NCBI GenBank assembly: GCA_038212075.1
Contig: JBBQUV010000003.1
Location: forward strand, 20,036-84,035
Direction: 5' to 3'
Source: Minisyncoccia bacterium
GTDB taxonomy: Bacteria > Patescibacteriota > Minisyncoccia > Phycocordibacterales > Phycocordibacteraceae
Length of the DNA: 64,000 nucleotides
The stretch's first letter is position 1. Each line of letters starts with the position of its first letter. Positions 1 to 9,061 of the stretch are shown here, in pieces. Under the pieces are notes generated by a model, which saw only the letters and a list, made by a program, of their open reading frames with translations, did not search any database and was not told where the DNA came from. Position numbers and translations under genes: made by a program.

Positions 1-1
1 A

Positions 2-172
2 CGGGCAATTAAAAATGCGATTCACTCCATAGAAGCAGAACTTGGTAGGGAACTACGCTACGCTTCTTTCTCCACTCCCGATTTCCGGTACCGCGCCGGC
101 GTATATGATCGTCTTATTCGCGATGTGATGGATTACCCTCACCGTACTATTTTCGATAAATTGGGGTTGTAA
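2..172 (+). CDS. 3' end of a CDS entering from upstream of the window (hypothetical protein, C-terminal 56 aa)
   Basis: Uninterrupted frame from window edge to TAA at 170-172 (...YDRLIRDVMDYPHRTIFDKLGL*). No family recognised. Confidence 0.35.
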   Translation, partial: RAIKNAIHSIEAELGRELRYASFSTPDFRYRAGVYDRLIRDVMDYPHRTIFDKLGL

Positions 173-218
173 GTGGTGAGCGAAGACATACATCTCTCGC
201 TTCGGCATACTGCGTGTT

Positions 219-291
219 GTGGAGCGAAGGCATGTGCATACAAAACACTAAACTCTGGTCTCTGTTTTGTATGCACATGCCGAGCGTAGAG
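219..291 (+). repeat. Structured hairpin repeat, copy 1: 18-19 bp perfect stem with a 15-nt loop CTAAACTCTGGTCTC and conserved flanks GGAGCGAAG / GAGCG
   Basis: ggcatgtgcatacaaaac(a) [loop] (t)gttttgtatgcacatgcc read directly. Second family member at 26484-26553. Confidence 0.6.
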
Positions 292-397
292 GTGTCCACA
301 TGTGCCTTTTTAACCCTTTGACTCCTTGCTACACTACAAGTAAGCAGGCCAATACCTGCGGGCCTATTAACCAGTTAAACGTTACTCGCATTACACT

Positions 398-1081
398 ATG
401 TTTCTAACCCCTTGGGCACAAGTACTTCAGGCGTCATTTCAGACCCTGTTGTTTGGGCTCGTTAATTTTCTTCCGAGCCTTATCGGAGCAATCCTTATTT
501 TTATCATCGGATGGCTCATTGGTATGGGACTCGGTCGCGTTGTCGCGCAAGTGGTCACTGCACTTCGCATTGATCAGGCGCTCAAAGCCGCTGGCGTAGA
601 TAAGGTTGTTGAACGCGGTGGACTTACTCTTAATTCAGGTGCATTCCTTGGAATGCTCGTGAAGTGGTTCTTCATCGTTCTCTTCCTTCTTGTCTCACTT
701 GATATCCTTCACCTCACCGTCGTTTCTATCTTCCTTCGCGACGTGGTGCTTGGATACTTGCCACAGGTTATTGCCGCTGTACTTATTCTTCTTGTCGCGG
801 CAGTGGTCGCACAGACGATGGAGCGTGTGGTATCGAGCTCTGCTCGCGCCGCACATCTTACGTCGGCAAACTTCCTTGGTTCGGTCGCTCGTTGGGCAAT
901 TTGGATCTTTGCGATTCTTGCCGCGCTTGACCAACTTCAGGTTGCTCCGGCGTTTGTACAAACCTTGTTCACCGGCATCGTTGTCGCACTCGCACTTGCT
1001 ATTGGCCTCTCCTTCGGTCTCGGAGGACAGCAAGCCGCGTCTCGTTACATCGAAAAGGTTCGCGAACAGGTTCAGGACTAA
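398..1081 (+). CDS. Integral membrane protein, possibly with MscS-type conserved TM-helix repeats
   Basis: 227-aa ORF, multiple hydrophobic helices, internally repetitive TM segments. No SD. Confidence 0.55.
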   Translation: MFLTPWAQVLQASFQTLLFGLVNFLPSLIGAILIFIIGWLIGMGLGRVVAQVVTALRIDQALKAAGVDKVVERGGLTLNSGAFLGMLVKWFFIVLFLLVSLDILHLTVVSIFLRDVVLGYLPQVIAAVLILLVAAVVAQTMERVVSSSARAAHLTSANFLGSVARWAIWIFAILAALDQLQVAPAFVQTLFTGIVVALALAIGLSFGLGGQQAASRYIEKVREQVQD

Positions 1082-1227
1082 GGAAAATCGTTCAGAATCG
1101 TCATCTGAGTCGTTACGGGCACCCATCGATTTTCTACGCCGTATGTTCCATACGTCTGCGAAAATCGATTGCCCGCGCCTCGCATCTGAACAATTCTAAT
1201 CCGATTTTCGGTGCATTCAGCAGGTAC

Positions 1228-1254
1228 GAAAAAGCCCCAATTCGGGGCTTTTTC
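1228..1254 (+). terminator. Rho-independent terminator (agcccc-aattc-ggggct + T tract)
   Basis: GC stem-loop followed by TTTTT directly after the membrane protein stop. Confidence 0.7.
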
Positions 1255-1296
1255 GTTATCCCCAGTATCCACAGGGCAGGGTATTGACCCTACTCC

Positions 1297-1325
1297 TTGA
1301 CAGCCCTTCCTGCGGGGCGTATCTT
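1297..1325 (+). promoter_or_regulatory. Sigma70-like promoter: TTGACA -35, 17-bp spacer, TATCTT -10
   Basis: ttgaca (1297-1302) and tatctt (1320-1325) with 17-nt spacing, upstream of the 23S gene. Confidence 0.45.
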
Positions 1326-1396
1326 ACTAAGACGTGAATACCACCCGAAAAAACCACTCGAAACGAAGCGGTTAGTTCGCGCCAATTTGGTGCGAC

Positions 1397-1424
1397 GAAA
1401 AAACCGCCTCACGGCGGTTTTTTC
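1397..1424 (+). terminator. Terminator-like hairpin (accgcc-tcac-ggcggt + TTTTTT) between the promoter and the 23S gene
   Basis: Perfect 6-bp GC stem followed by a T6 tract. Confidence 0.55.
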
Positions 1425-1785
1425 GTGGAGAGAATCACAGGTTCGTTGACAATCGAATACGCATAGGTAAATCAAAGCTCCGATGTAACAGTCGGAGTGT
1501 AGAAAGTGCAAATTCATCTAGCGATGTTAGAAAGTTAATTGTGGTGTTCAGATCTCCGCACAGGAGACGTGAAGGGTGTATGGTGGATGCCTAGGCTTGT
1601 GACAGCGATGAAGGACGCTACTAATCAGCGATAGCTCCGGGGAGGCGATTTGTAGCCTTTGATCCGGAGGTCTCCGAATGGGGAAACCCGTCTGCGTATG
1701 CGGACATCTTCCGAGTAATGTCGGAAGGAGCGAACCTCGGGAAGTGAAACATCTCAGTACCGAGAGGAAAAGAAAACAAGAGCGA

Positions 1786-1840
1786 GCCGTGTTCTGTCTG
1801 CGCATTATGTTTGTGCAGATAGAACACGTCTCTCGCGATT
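1786..1840 (+). other. About 45-nt hairpin expansion segment in 23S domain I relative to E. coli
   Basis: Extra cgtgttctgtctgcgca...tgcagatagaacacg hairpin between GAAAAGAAA and GATTCCCC. Confidence 0.5.
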
Positions 1841-2103
1841 CCCCTAATAGCGGCGAGCGAAAAGGGAAAAGCCCAAACCTCTGCTTTCGGGCAGGGGGGT
1901 TGTAAGGCAGGAGCGCACAATTTATTGTGAAAGAGTTACCAATTGTCTTTATAGTGGAAGCTGCTGGGAAGCAGCGCCCCAGAGGGTAATGGCCCCGTAC
2001 ACGAAATAAATGACAACTCTTGCTCCTGTTCTTGAGTAGCTCGAGACACGAATAGCTCGAGTGAATCTGCCGGAACTAACCGGTAAGGCTAAATATGTCA
2101 CAG

Positions 2104-2143
<40 letters not shown>

Positions 2144-3595
2144 CACCCCGAGAGGGGAGTGAAATAGTACTGAAACCATACACTTACAAAGGGTGGGAGC
2201 GGGTCGAGAGCAATCTTGGCACCGTGACCGCGTGCCTATTGAAGAATGAGCCGGCGAGTGTGTATATGTTGCGTAGCTAAATCCTTTGACGGATGCAGCT
2301 GTAGGGAAACCGAGTGTGAATAGCGCGTAAGTAGCATATATACGACACGAAGCCAGATGAGCTTGCCATGAGCAGGGTGAAGTTTCTCGAAAGAGGAATG
2401 GAGGCCCGAACCCGTAGGCTGTGCAACACCTTGGGATGACTTGTGGCAAGGAGTGAAAAGCTAATCGAATCTGGTAATAGCTTGTTCTCTCCGAAACAGC
2501 TTTTGGGTTGGCGTCGCGTGTTCCCTCTGGGGGTAGAGCACTGGAAGGGTTCAACAGGGAGAAATCTCGTGAACCCTATCAACCTCCGAATACCAGAGAT
2601 CAAGAGCGCGGCAGTTAGAACGTGGGGGCGAAGCTCCACGGATCGAAAGGGGAAGAGCCCTGATCGCCAGTTAAGGCCCCTAAATCGACGCTCAGTATAT
2701 CCACAAGGAAGTGGGAATCCTTTGACAATGAGGATGTTGGCTTAGAAGCAGCCACCATTTAAAGAAAGCGTAACAGCTCACTCATCGAGGGTTCCTGCGC
2801 CGAAGATGATCGGGATTAAGCGTCGTGCCGAAACTGCGGGTGTACATCTTTTTCGAAAGATGTACGCGGTAGGAGAGCGTTCCATTCGCGCTGAAGCTAA
2901 AGGGGTGACCCATAGTGGAGCGTATGGAAGTGAGGATGCCGGTACAAGTAACCACAATGCGGGTGAGAACCCCGCACATCAAAAGACCAAGGATTCCTCG
3001 GCCATGGTAATCATCCGAGGGTTAGTCGGGCCTAAGAGGATGGCGAAAGCCGCACTCGATGGACACAAGGTTAATATTCCTTGACCGCTACACATGCGAA
3101 GAAGTGACGGACTGCTGTAATTATTGCCCATTATTGGATTTGGGTTGGTGCCGTGAGGAGGTGTACTAGGAAAATCCGGTACGCACTACTCCAAGCGGAG
3201 CCGCAATTTCCTCCTACGGGGGGAGAAAGAATAGTGAGCGCGGTTCCAAGAAAACCTTCTACGCTTCAGTGTGCTAGCGCCCGTACCGTAAACCGACACA
3301 GGTGGTCAAGTCGAGTAGACTACGATGAACGAGTTAGAGGTCCTCAAGGAACTCGGCAAAAAAGCGGCCGTAAGTTAGCGATAAGGCCTGGCTCTCGCAA
3401 GAGAGCCCGCAGTGAATGTGTCCCTGCCAACTGTTTACCAAAAACACAGCTCCCTGCGAACTCGTAAGAGGATGTATAGGGGGTGACGCCTGACCAATGC
3501 CGGAAGGTCAACCACGGGTGGTACCCTACTTCGGTAGTGTGCTGGACTGTGTAAGCCCCGGTGAATGTCGGCGATAACTATAATCGTCCTAAGGT

Positions 3596-3801
3596 CCTGC
3601 GTGTGAGCAATCGCACGCAGGACGGATTGGGACGATTATAGGAGACCGTAAACAGTGTTGAGAAACGTGCGTCATTTAAAGCTACCTCGTTATACGGTAA
3701 CGTATAACAGATCCGCGGCTCACAAGAGAGGCCATACGCCGCGCGTCCTCGCTGTAAAAAGATGAGGATGAAGAAATGGTCCTACGTTAAAGGAATAGTA
3801 G
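3596..3801 (+). mobile_element. 206-nt insertion at the 23S site equivalent to E. coli 1917 (CCUAAGGU^AGCGAAAUUCC). Possible small or degenerate group I intron
   Basis: Exon sequence is contiguous if 3596-3801 is removed. The 5' exon ends in T and the insert ends in G. Too short for a canonical group I core, and R/S elements are not clear. Confidence 0.45.
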
Positions 3802-4130
3802 AGCGCAATTCCTTGTCGGGTAAATTCCGACGTGCACGAATGGCGTAATGAGTGGGGAACTGTCTCGAGGACTCGCTCGGTGAAAATGCATTTCCGGTGA
3901 AGATGCCGGATACCTGTAGTTAGACGAAAAGACCCCAGGAGCTTTACTGCAGCTTCGTATTGGGGCTGCGTGCTTTATGCGTAGCATAGTGGGGAGAGGT
4001 TGAGATATCGGTTTCGGCTGATGTGGACTCGAAATATGAAATACCCATCTTAAAGTGTGCAGTTTCTAACCGATCGGACGAACCCGATCGGGACCGTGCG
4101 TGGCAGGCAGTTTTGGTGGGGCGCTATCCT

Positions 4131-4653
4131 TCGGCCAATGAATACTGGATTCGTTGGTCGAAGCCATGGCGCCCCGCGAAGCCTCAATAAGCTTCAAAAC
4201 AAATAAATAAGGGGGCGCGGCAGCAATGCTGCGGGCAAGTTGGGAATATGCTGGAAACACCGGTGGATGGTATGCTACTTGTATTAGCAAGTGACAATGT
4301 ATACCTGCGGTCAATCAGCAGGGAAGTTAATTAAACATGGAACAAATACCACAGGAGCCCAAAAAAGAAGGTAAAGAAGAACTTATGCACAGCCTCGATA
4401 TCTCTCTAGAGCTTATTGAGGACCATATGTCGGGAGCTCGAATGTGCGCAGCCAGTACTTCTAGCGAAGTTGCAAGCCATGAGGAAGAGTATATGGACAA
4501 GGCTTGGAAAGAAATTCGAGAGGCCAGAAAACTTCTTGAACAACTAAAAGACGGTTCCTAATGAATTAACCCCCTCAGAGACTACAAACCAACCATCCTG
4601 AAAAGGATGAATGTATAGTCCGCACTGCATGGCGACATGCAGATAACACAAGG
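4131..4653 (+). mobile_element. Group I intron in 23S rRNA, next to the P-loop (about E. coli 2262), 523 nt, containing a small ORF
   Basis: Exons align across GGGGCGCTATCCT | CCTAAAAAGTAACGGAGGAG. R-like tcagagactaca and S-like gaatgtatagtcc elements (P7) present. P/Q-like gctgcgggcaag / cctgcggtcaatcagcag. 5' exon ends in U and intron ends in G. Confidence 0.75.
4337..4561 (+). CDS. Intron-internal ORF (74 aa, acidic, no recognisable homing-endonuclease motif)
   Basis: ORF lies in a peripheral loop of the group I intron, between the Q and R elements. No LAGLIDADG/GIY-YIG/HNH motifs. Confidence 0.25.
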   Translation: MEQIPQEPKKEGKEELMHSLDISLELIEDHMSGARMCAASTSSEVASHEEEYMDKAWKEIREARKLLEQLKDGS

Positions 4654-4987
4654 CCTAAAAAGTAACGGAGGAGTCTATTAAGGTTCTCTAGTCGCGAATG
4701 GAAACCGTGACGATAGTGTAATGGCATAAGAGAGCTTAACTGCGAGGCGTACATGCCAAGCAGATGCGAAAGCAGAGCATAGTGAACCGATGGTCCGCCT
4801 TAGATGCGGCCAGAGATTAACGGATATAAGTTACCCTGGGGATAACAGGCTAGTTCCGCCCAAGCGTCCTTAGCGACGGCGGAGTTCGGCACCTCGATGT
4901 CGGCTCAACATAGCGCGGGGCTGGAGAAGGTCCCAAGCGTTTGGCTGTTCGCCAATTAAAATGTTACGTGAGCTGGGTTCAGACCGT

Positions 4988-5351
4988 TCAGTTGCTGAAA
5001 AGTATCGGCACTTGGACCGTCTGAACCCCTTCGAAGAAGTTATCAAGTCAAAAAGGTTTTTTCGTCTAAGCAAAAGAATAGAACCAACAAATATCACGGC
5101 GGTCTTGCATAGGAATATGCAAGAATCAAATCAACTGATATCGGTGAAATCCTGTAAAGGACAACACCGAGGGAAGAGGGCTTTAGCGACTCGCCAAACC
5201 AGAGAAGAAAGGTTTGGCTCGCTTGCATAAGTGTTCGCAAATCTTGCCTGAAGGCAAAATTTGCTCCCTTACCCGTAGAGACTGAACGTTGAACAGCGAG
5301 AACCGCTGAAGTTACAGTCCGATCCCCGCAGTAATGTGGGAAAACATGGTG
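4988..5351 (+). mobile_element. Group I intron in 23S rRNA at the site equivalent to E. coli about 2593 (AGAACGU^CGUGAGACAG), 364 nt
   Basis: Exons align across GGGTTCAGACCGT | CGTGAGACAGGTTGGTC. R-like gtagagactgaa and S-like agttacagtcc. 5' exon ends in U and intron ends in G. Confidence 0.7.
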
Positions 5352-5772
5352 CGTGAGACAGGTTGGTCTCCTATCTACTACAGGCGTTGATTATTGAGGA
5401 GGGTCGTCCCTAGTACGAGAGGACCGGGATGAACTGACCTCTGGTCTACCAGTTGTCCTGCCAAGGGCATTGCTGGGTAGCTATGTCGGGTTCCGATAAC
5501 CGCTGAAAGCATATAAGCGGGAAACGGGCTCCAAGATCAGTAATCGTTATGAGACACCTTGCAGATTACAAGGTTGATAGGCTTTAAGTGAAAGTGCCGT
5601 AAGGTATTGAGCTGAGAAGTACTAATATGTCCAGTTCTCTTGTGCGGAACTCTGGGTGCCACAAAGCGCTATGAGTTTGCACTTGCTACGATTTTGAATT
5701 ACTTATGCGTATTCGGTTGTTAACGATACCAAGACATTGGTCCGTTGGAATCGAATTGTTTATTGAAAGTTT

Positions 5773-5887
5773 AGTTCTGGTGGTTTGGCGGCGGGGTCAT
5801 ACCCGTTCTCATTCCGAACACGGCAGTCAAGCCCGCTAGCGTCGATGGTACTTCTAACGAGGGAGAGTAGATAGCCGCCAGAACTAA
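5773..5887 (+). rRNA. rrf: 5S rRNA
   Basis: ...CCGAACACGGCAGTCAAGCCCGCTAGCGTCGATGGTA...GAGAGTAG... with helix I pairing agttctgg / ccagaact. Confidence 0.85.
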
Positions 5888-5899
5888 GTTTTCAACACA

Positions 5900-5925
5900 A
5901 AAACCGCGCAAGCGGTTTTTGCTTT
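5900..5925 (+). terminator. Rho-independent terminator after 5S (accgc-gcaa-gcggt + TTTTT)
   Basis: GC stem-loop followed by a T tract. Confidence 0.7.
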
Positions 5926-5988
5926 TGGTAAGAAGTACTTGTGGTATGCAGAAACAAAGGCCCGGTCTCACGACTGGGCCTTTTGTCG

Positions 5989-5994
5989 TATACT
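5989..5994 (+). promoter_or_regulatory. -10 hexamer TATACT, 7 nt before the ATG at 6001 (leaderless configuration)
   Basis: tatact aaaact ATG. Confidence 0.4.
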
Positions 5995-6000
5995 AAAACT

Positions 6001-6756
6001 ATGTGGGCATCACGCAGACAATTCATTATTGTTTCCATTGTGGTGGGGGTAATTGTTGCCGTCGTTGCCGTAACACTCGTGTCTGTTTTCTATAAGGCGC
6101 CGTCGTGCACCGACACCAAACAGAATCAGGGCGAAACAGGTGTTGACTGTGGCGGCCCGTGCTCGCACTTGTGTACTGTTGCGGTAGCGCCACCATCCGT
6201 GCGTTTCGTGCGACAGCTCACACCCATACAGGGGCGCACCGACGTGATTGCCTATATTGATAACACCAATACAAGTGCGGCCATGAAGGGTGCTCGGTTT
6301 ACGGTAACGTTGTACGGGTCGGATAATATTGTGCTCGCGAAGAAAACTGAAACGATTGATTTGCCGCCGAAATCAACCGTGCCGGTGTTTATTCCCAATT
6401 TCTATACCGGCTTTCAAACAGCGGCGCGTGCGTTTCTGGTTTTCGATGAAACATCTTTTAATTGGTACCGCTACACCGATGACCGTCCAGTGCTTTCTTC
6501 TAAAAACGCCGTGCTTTCACAGGGCGACGCCCCAAGACTTTCTGCAAATATATACAATCCAACAGCGTACACGCTGTACCGCGTGCCGGTAATAGCAACC
6601 GTGTTTGATAGTCAAAATAATGCCATTGCCGCTTCGGCAACACTTTTGCTTACTATCCCCCCTATGGGAACCGCACCTGCGATATTCACATGGAATAGTC
6701 CGTTTCCAACATCTGCCGCCAAAGAAGATGTGGTCCCGCTTGTGCCGCTTCCATGA
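6001..6756 (+). CDS. Hypothetical membrane-anchored/secreted protein (N-terminal TM, Cys cluster CTDTK...CGGPCSHLC)
   Basis: ATG at 6001 preferred over the upstream GTG of the ORF track. Hydrophobic N-terminus. Confidence 0.55.
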   Translation: MWASRRQFIIVSIVVGVIVAVVAVTLVSVFYKAPSCTDTKQNQGETGVDCGGPCSHLCTVAVAPPSVRFVRQLTPIQGRTDVIAYIDNTNTSAAMKGARFTVTLYGSDNIVLAKKTETIDLPPKSTVPVFIPNFYTGFQTAARAFLVFDETSFNWYRYTDDRPVLSSKNAVLSQGDAPRLSANIYNPTAYTLYRVPVIATVFDSQNNAIAASATLLLTIPPMGTAPAIFTWNSPFPTSAAKEDVVPLVPLP

Positions 6757-7886
6757 CCGAAGCCATACAGACATTTTCGTGGCGCTCATTGTTTGCTGAA
6801 TGGCCACTGTATGTCCTCGGGCTTGCTCTCGCTTCGCTCGGACTTCTTACCATGCATACGTTTGGAGCAAATTCACTTGCTCCACGCCAAATGGTATGGA
6901 TTCTTGTCGGCACCGTCGTATTTTTCTCTCTCTCCATTCTCGATATGCGGTTTATTCGTCGCACGCAAGTTATTCTTGCGGGATATGTAGGCGTCACCGT
7001 ACTTCTTGCACTGCTTCTTGTTGTAGTGCACCCAGTGATGGGTGCAAAGAGCTGGTTTTCATTAGGGCTTTTTTCTTTTCAACCAACTGACCCTACGAAG
7101 CTGGCGCTTATCGCCCTTCTTGCAAAATACTTTTCACGGCGCTACATAGAAATAGCGAACATTCGCCACATCGTGGTGTCTGGCCTCTATGCGGCGGCAC
7201 CGATGGTGCTCGTACTTCTTCAGCCAGATCTTGGCACTGCCGCGATTCTTGGCTCCATATGGTTTGGCATGGTGCTGGTTTCCGGTATCCCAAAGCGCCA
7301 TTTGGTCGTGGTGATTTTACTTGGCATTGTTGCCGCGACCGCGCTTTGGTTTGGTGGGCTACATGATTACCAGCGCCAACGTATTCTGGCATTCGTGAAC
7401 CCTGCGGCTGATATTCACGGTTCGGGATATAACGCGTATCAAGCAACCATCGCCGTTGGTTCAGGGCAGTGGCTTGGGAAGGGAATAGGGTACGGCACAC
7501 AATCAAAACTGCGCTTTTTGCCGCAGTACGAAACCGACTTTATTTTTGCGGCGTATGCGGAAGAGTGGGGATTTATTGGTGTCATTTTTGCGCTTCTTTT
7601 ATACGCGTTACTCTTTGCACGATTGATTGAAATTGCGCGACGCTCCGCCACAAACTTTGATGCGTTCTTTACTATCGGTGTATTGATTCTCTTAGCATCT
7701 CACGTTGCTATTCATGCCGGCATTAATGTGGGACTTTTGCCCGTAACCGGTACCACCATTCCGTTTATGAGCTACGGCGGCTCGCACATTGTGATGGAGT
7801 TTGGCGCGCTTGGTATTGTTGCATCTCTTGCAAAGTACGGCAGAAGTGCCCCGCGGGAACGAATTATTCAAGAATACGTCGGCTAG
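6753..7886 (+). CDS. SEDS-family peptidoglycan glycosyltransferase (FtsW/RodA)
   Basis: 10 TM topology and the conserved C-terminal ...PVTGTTIPFMSYGGSHIV... motif of FtsW/RodA/SpoVE. Confidence 0.85.
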   Translation: MTEAIQTFSWRSLFAEWPLYVLGLALASLGLLTMHTFGANSLAPRQMVWILVGTVVFFSLSILDMRFIRRTQVILAGYVGVTVLLALLLVVVHPVMGAKSWFSLGLFSFQPTDPTKLALIALLAKYFSRRYIEIANIRHIVVSGLYAAAPMVLVLLQPDLGTAAILGSIWFGMVLVSGIPKRHLVVVILLGIVAATALWFGGLHDYQRQRILAFVNPAADIHGSGYNAYQATIAVGSGQWLGKGIGYGTQSKLRFLPQYETDFIFAAYAEEWGFIGVIFALLLYALLFARLIEIARRSATNFDAFFTIGVLILLASHVAIHAGINVGLLPVTGTTIPFMSYGGSHIVMEFGALGIVASLAKYGRSAPRERIIQEYVG

Positions 7887-9004
7887 TGTTTGTATTGTTC
7901 AAACGTTGCGTCGAGCATTTTGCCGAGCGAAAAGTTTTGCTCAACATATTTTTTTAGCGCGTTGCCTTTTTCAGCAAGGGTTTCAGCTGCACGCAAACAA
8001 GCATTCATTTTTTCTGCGAGCGCGTCCGCGTTTTCTGAAGGGAAAAGCATATCAGCTGGCGCATCACCCAGCGCTTCTTGTGCGCCGCCAAAATCGCTTG
8101 CAATCACTGGTACTCCAGCCGCCACTGCCTCGAGTACTACATAGCCAAGGGCTTCAGTTCGTGAGGGAAGCACAAACAAGTCAAACGCCTTCACGTATTT
8201 CCACGCGTCCGGCATAAATCCAAGGAAGTGAATTGAGGGTTCATTTACTGCTTGCTCAGTAAGAGTCTTTTTTTCTTGCCCATCGCCAAGCACCACCCAT
8301 GCGGCGTTTTTTGGTTGCACTTTTTTCCACGCCCTAATACCAATATCAATACCTTTGTTTGGGTGAAGCTCTGCGATAGTGCCAACCAAAAGTTCCGCAT
8401 CTTCAAGTGTTGGGTCAGTAGTGGCGAGCACGGCACGCGCCGACTCTTTTGAAAGATAGGGAAGTGTTCCAATGCCAAGATGCACAAGCACGACTTTGCC
8501 TGCTCTAAGGTGCCATCGTTCCGTTTGTTTCTTGATAAATCGCGAAACAGCGATGGTGACATCAGAAAGCATGACCGTTTTTCTCTGCAATACTTCAAAA
8601 AACTTTTTTGCTAGAAAAGATCTTGGTTCAGTAAACGCCCAACCGTGTGCCGTAAAAACAATGCGCGGTACATTGGCCGCTTTTGCGGCGAGTGCGCCAA
8701 CGTAACCAGCTTTAGAACTATTCAAATGCACGACATCGGGTTTGAGTTTTGTGAAAAGAGCGGTGAGCTCGCGTTTTGCCGCCAGCTCCTTGAAAAAAGA
8801 AATATCACGACCAAGACTGGCGATGGGGTAGGTGGGCACCTGAAGCGCTTCTACGCGTTCGGCAAGAATGCCGTGCTCGCCGTAGGCGAGCACGGGGGCG
8901 TATCCATAGGCTTTACTATGGCTTATAAGGTCAAAAACGTACTTCTGCGCCCCACCCCATGTGGCTTTGGTAATAACATAGACAACGGTCTTTTGGGGTT
9001 CCAT
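7883..9004 (-). CDS. Glycosyltransferase family 4
   Basis: GT-B fold GT4 signature (E...G.PV.ASD.GG..E in the C-terminal half), 373 aa. Confidence 0.8.
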   Translation of the reverse strand: MEPQKTVVYVITKATWGGAQKYVFDLISHSKAYGYAPVLAYGEHGILAERVEALQVPTYPIASLGRDISFFKELAAKRELTALFTKLKPDVVHLNSSKAGYVGALAAKAANVPRIVFTAHGWAFTEPRSFLAKKFFEVLQRKTVMLSDVTIAVSRFIKKQTERWHLRAGKVVLVHLGIGTLPYLSKESARAVLATTDPTLEDAELLVGTIAELHPNKGIDIGIRAWKKVQPKNAAWVVLGDGQEKKTLTEQAVNEPSIHFLGFMPDAWKYVKAFDLFVLPSRTEALGYVVLEAVAAGVPVIASDFGGAQEALGDAPADMLFPSENADALAEKMNACLRAAETLAEKGNALKKYVEQNFSLGKMLDATFEQYKH

Positions 9005-9061
9005 AATGGCTTACAACCTAGCGAGAGGTGAAGAAGTTATATACTGTATAAGCCTAGCACA

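Noticed and set aside
690-1199. Alternative-frame ORFs 690-1199 (+) and 695-1126 (-) overlapping the 398-1081 membrane protein
   Set aside because: The 398-1081 frame has coherent TM-helix composition, whereas the alternatives are Arg/Ser-rich low-complexity typical of off-frame translation
4961-5230. 89-aa ORF straddling the 23S exon and the third intron
   Set aside because: It begins in conserved exon sequence and shows no endonuclease motifs. More likely chance than an intron-encoded protein
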